From positions 1-62,365 of IMG/VR virus record IMGVR_UViG_3300012920_000037: a DNA stretch of 62,365 bases; one strand, given 5' to 3'. The DNA comes from a virus (Duplodnaviria > Caudoviricetes). Positions within the stretch are counted from its first letter, which is position 1. Each line of letters starts with the position of its first letter. The notes below the pieces were generated by a model that was not told the DNA's origin, made no database searches, and worked only from the letters and a program-made list of their open reading frames with translations. A program made the position numbers and the translations under genes. Positions 17,749 to 24,850 of this stretch are shown piece after piece.

Positions 17749-18772
17749 CTATCACCTATTAGTGGAGAGTTGGAGAAATTTCTTTCGTGCTCAAGTAAGA
17801 GGTGCGAGACCTAATGATGGAGCTCGCATGCGCTCACCTGAAGAAAAGTTCAACGAGAAGCACGATCAATTCTTTTACAAAAAATCTCTTTGGGGATATC
17901 GTTCAGACGAGCAAAAGTACAGCGAACCAAAACTAGTGTCTGAGGAAGAGATGATAAAAATAATCACGAACCCTCGGAACAATACTCACATTATAGTCAG
18001 GCCGGCCTCGCTATCTAAATTTGGTGAATTTTACGATTGGAGAAAATTTAAATTTTTAAATTCAAAAGCAGAAGAAATTATAAAACAGAGAGAAGAAGAA
18101 AAGCGAAAAGAAGAGGAACGTCGACAAGCTCGATCCAAGAAACAAATGGATCGTGTGAAAACCGATTCGGAACTAGCTCTAGCAAGTATCAATCTAGGCA
18201 CTGTGGACAATTTAGTTCTGTACCACACAAATATTATGGAAAGAGATGGGCTTCCTTTGGTTATAGGAATGATAGCTCTTGATGGTATGCACGGTCCTTG
18301 CATTCCAAACACTTTTCAAGTAAAATTTTCTGCTGTTAACAGGAAATTTCAACGACAAGGTTTTGGATCAATACTATATCGATTAGCAGCAGCTCACGCA
18401 AAAGTTAAAAAAAACGGAGGTATATCGTCAGATCACACCGCTGGAACTAGTAAAGATGCTGCTCGGAGGTGGGCTGCGATCGACAAAGATCCTGAATTCT
18501 ATAAAAGATCTACTAAAGGTGGTAGCGATACATTTGATTATGGTGGATACAATACGCCGGATGATCCTATGGATGATTGCGAAGATTTTACAAGCAATGG
18601 TGCTGTTACCAATCACAGTTACGGAGTGAGTGATAAAACTGTTGGAGTGTACAATGACCTTATATATGCTGATGAGTCTGGTAGAGGTTATGGGCCGAAA
18701 GATAGCACTGATCTTAACGACAAGGCTACCAGGGTATTCTCAGATAGCTATTCACATCGGACACGCGAATGA
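17741..18772 (+). CDS. GNAT-like acetyltransferase with class B leader
   Basis: start 17741 MSNYHLLVESWRNFF; VNRKFQRQGFGSILY acetyl-CoA-binding motif A. Confidence 0.7.
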   Translation: MSNYHLLVESWRNFFRAQVRGARPNDGARMRSPEEKFNEKHDQFFYKKSLWGYRSDEQKYSEPKLVSEEEMIKIITNPRNNTHIIVRPASLSKFGEFYDWRKFKFLNSKAEEIIKQREEEKRKEEERRQARSKKQMDRVKTDSELALASINLGTVDNLVLYHTNIMERDGLPLVIGMIALDGMHGPCIPNTFQVKFSAVNRKFQRQGFGSILYRLAAAHAKVKKNGGISSDHTAGTSKDAARRWAAIDKDPEFYKRSTKGGSDTFDYGGYNTPDDPMDDCEDFTSNGAVTNHSYGVSDKTVGVYNDLIYADESGRGYGPKDSTDLNDKATRVFSDSYSHRTRE

Positions 18773-19473
18773 ATAATCATAATCTAATAATGGAAGGTTG
18801 GAGAAAGTTTCTTAAGGAATCCAGATCAGCTGTAACCGAAATACAAGGAAAGCCGATCAACATGTTTTTCTATTCTAGAAACTCACCCGAGTTTAAAATA
18901 ATTCTTTATATTTTAGACGAGAAAGCTGGTGGTAGAAAGATTGCTAGAGTTATTGGGGGTGTAGAGTGTGTTGAGATCGAAGAGCCTTGTATACCCAAAA
19001 CATTGCAAGTTGGAACGTCATATAGAGACTCTGCCTTTGCCGGAATGGGACTTGGACCTCTTTTATATGATCTAGCTTTTTTTATAGCACAATCTATGGG
19101 ATATGGATTAACATCAGACCGAGAGATTGGGTCTAAGAGAAGCGCTAGAGACAGGTGGGAAAAAATACAATCAAGCCCTGATTATGAAAAACAAAGAACA
19201 AAAGATGGTAATGATAAATTTGATTACTATGGAGAAACACCAGATCCAGATGATGATTGCACAAAAGATGAATACGAGAATTCAAATGCAACAGATCATT
19301 CTTTCATCAAGAAAGATACCGGAAATACTCACGATGTACTCATGAAGCTTGAAGCTAATCATATGGACTATTTAGATAGCATTGGCGACACTTCAGCAGT
19401 ACAAAGATTCTTAAAAAATCTTAAGAGTCAATCAAATGACCTTTTTAACGATGAATACGATATGGCGACTTAA
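18769..19473 (+). CDS. GNAT-like acetyltransferase with class B leader
   Basis: MNNHNLIMEGWRKFLKES; FAGMGLGPLLYD; paralog of neighbours. Confidence 0.7.
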   Translation: MNNHNLIMEGWRKFLKESRSAVTEIQGKPINMFFYSRNSPEFKIILYILDEKAGGRKIARVIGGVECVEIEEPCIPKTLQVGTSYRDSAFAGMGLGPLLYDLAFFIAQSMGYGLTSDREIGSKRSARDRWEKIQSSPDYEKQRTKDGNDKFDYYGETPDPDDDCTKDEYENSNATDHSFIKKDTGNTHDVLMKLEANHMDYLDSIGDTSAVQRFLKNLKSQSNDLFNDEYDMAT

Positions 19474-19478
19474 TTACG

Positions 19479-20177
19479 ATGAAATCTTACAAACTACATA
19501 AAAACTTTAGAAAATTTCTTTTAAACGAAAGTGCAAACACAGAAGGACTATGCCTTTATCACAAAGGCGAAGGAACGAACTATCAAAGAATAATAATCTA
19601 CAAACCTGTACCAGATGAAGCAATTAAGATGAACCGCCAATATATAGACACCGTTATAATTGGAGCTATCACGTTTGACAACACAAAAAATGTTGTCGGA
19701 GAACCATGCATTCCGGAAACTTTTCAAGTCAGCACTGTCTTTACTCACAAAGACTATGAAGGCCAAGGGTTTCAAAAGCTGTTGATGGATTGTGCGTTCT
19801 ATGCACTAGGAAAAGAAAATAAGGGACTAACCTCAGATCAATATACCGGAACTAAACGTCGAGCTGAGAAAGCGTGGGTCAAAATTCAAAAATCAAGCGA
19901 ATATGAAAAACAGCAAACCAGAGCAGGCAACGATCAATTTGATTATTCAGACGCAACACCGGATCCGGATGATGATTGCAATATGCCGATGAAGTTTCCT
20001 TCAACTATGCACAGCTTTAAAAAGAAAAACTCATCAGATGGCAAAGCACAATACGACACAATGAAAACTAATCACAAAACTTTTGTTAACAAGTTAGGCA
20101 GAAACAAAGGCGCTTTTGAAAATATGCTGAAAAATAGATCAGTAGAAGATTTTAGAGTAAGATTCCGCGGACTATAA
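19479..20177 (+). CDS. GNAT-like acetyltransferase with class B leader
   Basis: MKSYKLHKNFRKFLLNES; VFTHKDYEGQGFQKLLM. Confidence 0.7.
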   Translation: MKSYKLHKNFRKFLLNESANTEGLCLYHKGEGTNYQRIIIYKPVPDEAIKMNRQYIDTVIIGAITFDNTKNVVGEPCIPETFQVSTVFTHKDYEGQGFQKLLMDCAFYALGKENKGLTSDQYTGTKRRAEKAWVKIQKSSEYEKQQTRAGNDQFDYSDATPDPDDDCNMPMKFPSTMHSFKKKNSSDGKAQYDTMKTNHKTFVNKLGRNKGAFENMLKNRSVEDFRVRFRGL

Positions 20178-20507
20178 ATGCAAACACTACACTTCATTCT
20201 TGTCGCTTACGGCATGACCTTTATTATTGTATACGGAAAGATATTTGAAGACATTCGGCCTCCAAAGGACTATACCAAAAAATGGAACACCTTATGGAAC
20301 TGCCCTCTGTGTATGGGTTTTTGGGTTGGAGTCTTTATTTCATGTCTTTCTCCCTATACGGAACTATTTAGTTTCGAGCGTTCATTCGTGAATGCGTTCT
20401 TGCTTGGCTGTTTGTCTGCTGGAACATCTTATTTAATTTCGGTCTTAGTCGATGATTTTGGACTAAGGCTATCATCGAGACCAGGGGGTGAGCATGTCGA
20501 TGATTAG
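20178..20507 (+). CDS. DUF1360-like CxxC membrane protein
   Basis: three hydrophobic segments, LWNCPLCMGFWVG motif. Confidence 0.7.
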   Translation: MQTLHFILVAYGMTFIIVYGKIFEDIRPPKDYTKKWNTLWNCPLCMGFWVGVFISCLSPYTELFSFERSFVNAFLLGCLSAGTSYLISVLVDDFGLRLSSRPGGEHVDD

Positions 20508-20556
20508 TACGCGCTGGATGTTGCAACCAGTTCGACGCTGTTGCAGCGGATCCTAG
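20494..20556 (+). CDS. 20-aa Cys-Cys peptide (not in ORF track)
   Basis: MSMISTRWMLQPVRRCCSGS*, preceded by GGGGGTG RBS-like sequence. Confidence 0.45.
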   Translation: MSMISTRWMLQPVRRCCSGS

Positions 20557-20559
20557 ATC

Positions 20560-20586
20560 GGGCGGGTAGCGCCCGCCCACCTTTTT
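20560..20586 (+). terminator. GC-rich hairpin / probable terminator
   Basis: GGGCGGG-TAGCG-CCCGCCC then ACCTTTTT. Confidence 0.6.
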
Positions 20587-20605
20587 ATAATTTTGGAGAA
20601 TAAGA

Positions 20606-21103
20606 ATGAAGATTACAAATGAACAACTAAAACAAATTATCAAAGAAGAACTTTCTGCTGTTCTTGGAGAAGGCGGAGTAGCATACTCTGGTGTTGTACT
20701 TGATGAGCAAAGTGTGCAAGCCCTTAAACAAGCAGCCCAGACAGCAGGTGTTCCTGAAGGTTTTGTATTCAATACAAAAGCCGGTGAGCCCCTGCCTCAC
20801 CACATGACCATTGTCCCTTTCAGTCCAATCGTACACCCAAAGGGCAAGCATGATTTTAGTACAGACTATCCAGTTGGCGGAGAGGTACAGCTGAAAGTTG
20901 TTGCTATCGGGATGTCTGATAAAGCAATGGCTGCTAAAGTTGAGCCACCTGCACCTATTTCTAAAAAAGTGAAGTTTCCTCATGTTACAATTGCAATCCC
21001 AGAAGGTGGAAAACCGTTTAATTCAAACAAAATTCCTCAAGAAAACTTTCAACAAATTGATCCATTCATGATCAAAGGAGTTGTCCAAGAGGTACCTTCG
21101 TGA
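20606..21103 (+). CDS. 2H phosphoesterase with class A leader
   Basis: MKITNEQLKQIIKEELSAVLGEG leader; two HxT motifs HHMTI and PHVTI. Confidence 0.8.
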   Translation: MKITNEQLKQIIKEELSAVLGEGGVAYSGVVLDEQSVQALKQAAQTAGVPEGFVFNTKAGEPLPHHMTIVPFSPIVHPKGKHDFSTDYPVGGEVQLKVVAIGMSDKAMAAKVEPPAPISKKVKFPHVTIAIPEGGKPFNSNKIPQENFQQIDPFMIKGVVQEVPS

Positions 21104-22110
21104 GCACAAACAAAAAAACATTGTTTGAGTCGTGGAAGAGATTTCTCAACGAGGCATCGTGGAACAATTCTCCCGATGAAGACTGGCCTGCTTCTGATAC
21201 AAACGTAAAGCAATTTAAATCAGACAAAGTTGTTGTGTTTGATTCAAAAGAGGAGTATGGCGATAAAGGTGCTGATTCTCATGGTCTTGATAGTCACATG
21301 AGCAAACATTGGTTTGAGTTTAGCGAAAGCGATATCAACGCATCAATTAAGAAGGCTGTTAATTTGATTTCCGACTATCAAAAAGAAAATCAAATTTTCT
21401 TTTTGACAAAAGGGACCGGAGAAGTACAACCAATATCTTCTATTTCAGATATTAAAAGTGGAGACATAATAAACACTTTTGATCTAATTAACGATAAAAA
21501 ATTTGACCAAGAAGAGCTTTTAGATATTGAGAAAAAAATATATAATCAAGCAATGTCTGGTTCAATAAAGAGTTACGATAGTGAAGCAGATAGGCTTATG
21601 AGTTCAGCTGTTGATGTTTCAGATGCAGAAATGCAAAGCATGGAAAAACTAATTGAAACTTTAAAAAACAATAGCGCAATAAAGTTTAAAGCAACCTATC
21701 AAGGTCAAGAAAAAACATATTATTATGAAATCAAGAAAACTGCTATAATCGCCCAGCTAGATGATGGGTCAATTGCAACATTGTTCAGATTGCGTAACAA
21801 AGGAAAACCAAAGCAAGAAGATCCGACCAGATCAGTCAGAGGTTTTCATAGCAACAGTGGAACTGTTCCGACAGACGAATACTCTCTATTGAGATCTCTT
21901 GCCGATGGTGAGAAAGCGAAAACTACACAACAGGCGCCTAAGCCAAAAAAGAAAAAACAACAAAAGAAAAAGCAATCGCCAACTGAATTTGTTCAATCTT
22001 TGATCAGTAGAGGACAAAGCCCAGATCAAATAAGAAATATTTTATCAAAAAAATACCCCAAGATGCCTGAACAAGGCATTGACGCCGTTATGAAGAAAGC
22101 TGGACTATAG
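21100..22110 (+). CDS. hypothetical protein with class B leader, possible RNase-toxin-like domain
   Basis: MSTNKKTLFESWKRFLNEA; SHMSKHWFEF and DDGSIATLFRL motifs; basic C-terminal domain. Confidence 0.65.
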   Translation: MSTNKKTLFESWKRFLNEASWNNSPDEDWPASDTNVKQFKSDKVVVFDSKEEYGDKGADSHGLDSHMSKHWFEFSESDINASIKKAVNLISDYQKENQIFFLTKGTGEVQPISSISDIKSGDIINTFDLINDKKFDQEELLDIEKKIYNQAMSGSIKSYDSEADRLMSSAVDVSDAEMQSMEKLIETLKNNSAIKFKATYQGQEKTYYYEIKKTAIIAQLDDGSIATLFRLRNKGKPKQEDPTRSVRGFHSNSGTVPTDEYSLLRSLADGEKAKTTQQAPKPKKKKQQKKKQSPTEFVQSLISRGQSPDQIRNILSKKYPKMPEQGIDAVMKKAGL

Positions 22111-22120
22111 GAGAATTTAG

Positions 22121-22741
22121 ATGTCTAAAAAATTATTAAGAGAATTTCACGCACTATGTCCTGATGGAATGTGTCAAGATCTGTTGACCGAGCGAGAGAA
22201 AAAAGAAGTTAAAGAAGGCGCAATGTATTTAACTGGTCGCATTCAAACTGCCGATAAGAAAAACGGAAACGGTCGTAAGTATCCTGAAAAAGTTCTTCGG
22301 AGAGAAATGGATAACTACATGAAAATCGTAAATGATAATCGTGCATGTGGGGAACTTGACCACCCAGATGATTCGGTAATTAACCTTAAGAACGTATCTC
22401 ACATGGTCACTAAGTGTTGGTGGGAAGGCAAGGATGTAATGGGCAAAATTAAAGTCCTCGACACTCCTTCAGGTCGTATCCTCAAGGATCTGATCAACGC
22501 TGGTGTAAAGCTTGGTATTTCCTCTCGTGGTCTTGGTTCCGTCAAGGAATCAATGGGCGAAACTATTGTTGAAGATGACTTTCAACTTATTTGCTTTGAT
22601 ATCGTATCAGAGCCATCAACTCCCGATGCCTATGTGTATCCCGGAGAAGGATCAAAGAAAGCATTTAAGTTCTCGACAAGATTGCGAGAACAAAAAGAAA
22701 ATAATATTGACAATCTATTTAAGAAGATTCTTGGAGACTAA
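22121..22741 (+). CDS. prohead core protease (T4 gp21-like)
   Basis: KNGNGRKYP, GELDHP, VSH, LGISSRGLGS, FDIVSEPSTPDA. Confidence 0.95.
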   Translation: MSKKLLREFHALCPDGMCQDLLTEREKKEVKEGAMYLTGRIQTADKKNGNGRKYPEKVLRREMDNYMKIVNDNRACGELDHPDDSVINLKNVSHMVTKCWWEGKDVMGKIKVLDTPSGRILKDLINAGVKLGISSRGLGSVKESMGETIVEDDFQLICFDIVSEPSTPDAYVYPGEGSKKAFKFSTRLREQKENNIDNLFKKILGD

Positions 22742-23167
22742 ATGAACAAAGAACAATTAAAGAAAACCCTTAAGCCTCTTATTAAAGAGTGCATCAAAGA
22801 AGTTATATTCGAAGAAGGAGTTCTCTCGGGAATCATTTCAGAAGTTGTTAAAGGTACGGGCGGTCAACGCATCGTCGAGACCCGGCAACCTCAACAATAT
22901 CAAAAACCACAAATTGATCATGAACTAGAAGAGCGCAAAAGAAAAGAGCGACGTCGCAAGATGCTTGACTCAATCGGACGAGATTCCTTTAATGGTGTCG
23001 ACCTTTTTGAAGGTACTACGCCGCTATCTAATAGAGATTCTGGTAGGTCATCAACTCCACATGGCTCAAAAGCACTGGACGGTGTTGCACCAAATGATCC
23101 CGGAGTTGATATCTCAGCTTTCGGGTCAAGTTCGGCAATTTGGTCAAAATTAGCAAAGGGAAAATAA
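22742..23167 (+). CDS. hypothetical head-module protein
   Basis: MNKEQLKKTLKPLIKECIKEVIFEEG start resembles class A leader. Confidence 0.75.
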   Translation: MNKEQLKKTLKPLIKECIKEVIFEEGVLSGIISEVVKGTGGQRIVETRQPQQYQKPQIDHELEERKRKERRRKMLDSIGRDSFNGVDLFEGTTPLSNRDSGRSSTPHGSKALDGVAPNDPGVDISAFGSSSAIWSKLAKGK

Positions 23168-23361
23168 TGGCTACCAACTACAAAATGAAGCCTCGTAAAG
23201 GCGAGAGCATGGAGCGGTTTATCAAAAGATTCACCAAGAAATGTAAGAAACTTGGAATTATCCAAGAGATGAGAGACAAAAGACATTTTACTTCTGATTC
23301 CGAGAGAAAGCGTCTTGCTCGTAAAAAATGGAGAGCAAACCTCAAGAAGAAGAAGAAATAA
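23167..23361 (+). CDS. rpsU: ribosomal protein bS21
   Basis: GESMERFIKRFTKKCKKLGIIQEMRDKRHFTSDSERKR; start 23167. Confidence 0.88.
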   Translation: MATNYKMKPRKGESMERFIKRFTKKCKKLGIIQEMRDKRHFTSDSERKRLARKKWRANLKKKKK

Positions 23362-23368
23362 CTATTTA
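23362..23368 (+). promoter_or_regulatory. putative late promoter motif CTATTTA
   Basis: intergenic, 22 nt before ATG 23391. Confidence 0.6.
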
Positions 23369-23390
23369 GTCCTAAAGAGAGGGAAGAATT

Positions 23391-23804
23391 ATGAGTTCAA
23401 ATTTTTATAGCGTAGGGCTAAATCACGTTGGGGCATATCAAGTAAGCGGCACACCACATATTAGCCATATTACTTTGACAACAGACCCTAACCACTCTGA
23501 TAGAATTCAGTTTCCAACGGTCACAAAAAATATTATAGTCAGATCCAACGACACTGTGGATATCAGAATTCACTTTGCCCCATTCACTGGTTCATATGGA
23601 TATGCGGACGATGCATCTACAAGCAATAACTTTATTATACTTGAGGGTGCTGGGCAAGTTGAATTGGACGCAAAGTGCAAAGAAATATTCATCTCTGCTC
23701 CAAGTGCTGGTGGTACAGAAGTGGTTCAAGTCTATGCAGAACTGACCAACATTCCAAGAGAAAGAATGTTTAGTTTGGATGGTGTTGATGGAGTGAGTAG
23801 CTAA
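23391..23804 (+). CDS. putative virion structural/decoration protein
   Basis: beta-rich; paralog of both ends of the 23804 protein. Confidence 0.7.
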   Translation: MSSNFYSVGLNHVGAYQVSGTPHISHITLTTDPNHSDRIQFPTVTKNIIVRSNDTVDIRIHFAPFTGSYGYADDASTSNNFIILEGAGQVELDAKCKEIFISAPSAGGTEVVQVYAELTNIPRERMFSLDGVDGVSS

Positions 23805-24850
23805 TGAGTACGTATAAAGTTGGTTTGCAGCACGCTGGATCTTTTATATCTTCCGGCAAGCCGTTCCTTAAGACAAACTCGTCTTTGGCTGATGGCGCTA
23901 CTGAGTATATAAAGTTTCCAAATGTGACGAAAAAAATTAAAGTTAAAAATCATTCAGCATCCGGCGTTCTTAAAATTGGCTTTGCCGACAATGCTCGAAG
24001 AGCTTTTGATATGCCAAGTTTAACTGCTCAAGATAGATTTGATGGAACTTTATCATCTGGGGTAGGTCTATCAGCTGTAACAGTTTCTTTTTGGTTTAAA
24101 GATACGGCATTATCCACAGTATTAAGACTTGTAGAGTTTACTGGAACTGGAGTTACAAACACGAGGCTTCAAGGTCAAAATAGCTCCGGCGCTGGTGGTC
24201 TAAGATTTAGAGTTCAAGGAATCAATGCAAATACAGCTGGTGGTGTTACGTCCATAAACACCTGGCATCAAGTCACTATTGTGTTAAGTGGAGCAGATAA
24301 TAAACTTTATGTAGACGGCGACCTAAAAATTACTAACACTACAACCATGGTCCCACCTACTGGTATTTCATTTGGCGATTCAAGCACAGCGAATCATGAT
24401 GGAATTTATGACGACATTTATGTTTTTAATGCAGCGCTTACTGGACCAGAAGTTTTAGAACTGTACAATGAAGGTTCCTATTTTGACCCAAGGGATCATT
24501 CAAGATCATCAGACTTGCAGTCTTGGTGGGCTTTTGAAGATAATGCTTACAGAACATATTTTTCCTCTAATGATACAACATCAACCATTATTGACCGCAT
24601 CGGAAGCCATAATTTAACAAAAGCCGGCAGCGGTACTGGTGCTTTTGTAAACGGGAGACAGCTAGATACAGCCATAAACTCGCACTCCCTAATTTTGTCC
24701 CCAGGTGCAGAAATCGAATTGAATGTAAAAACAAAGTCGATGTTCTTATTTGCAGACGGAGCAACGCAGGATTTTGACGTATATGCTTCATTAACGAATA
24801 TTCCTAGTGAAAGAATGTACGATTTAACCGGACCGGGAATCGATGAGTAA
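23804..24850 (+). CDS. structural protein with inserted LamG/concanavalin-like domain
   Basis: TVSFWFK, WHQVTI, KLYVDG, DDIYVFNAALT..EVLELYN LamG motifs. Confidence 0.75.
   Translation: MSTYKVGLQHAGSFISSGKPFLKTNSSLADGATEYIKFPNVTKKIKVKNHSASGVLKIGFADNARRAFDMPSLTAQDRFDGTLSSGVGLSAVTVSFWFKDTALSTVLRLVEFTGTGVTNTRLQGQNSSGAGGLRFRVQGINANTAGGVTSINTWHQVTIVLSGADNKLYVDGDLKITNTTTMVPPTGISFGDSSTANHDGIYDDIYVFNAALTGPEVLELYNEGSYFDPRDHSRSSDLQSWWAFEDNAYRTYFSSNDTTSTIIDRIGSHNLTKAGSGTGAFVNGRQLDTAINSHSLILSPGAEIELNVKTKSMFLFADGATQDFDVYASLTNIPSERMYDLTGPGIDE

Noticed and set aside
20554-20580. Stop codon plus hairpin as Sec/Pyl recoding signal
   Set aside because: Codon is TAG not TGA, no recoding machinery in window, and the hairpin plus T-run fits a terminator
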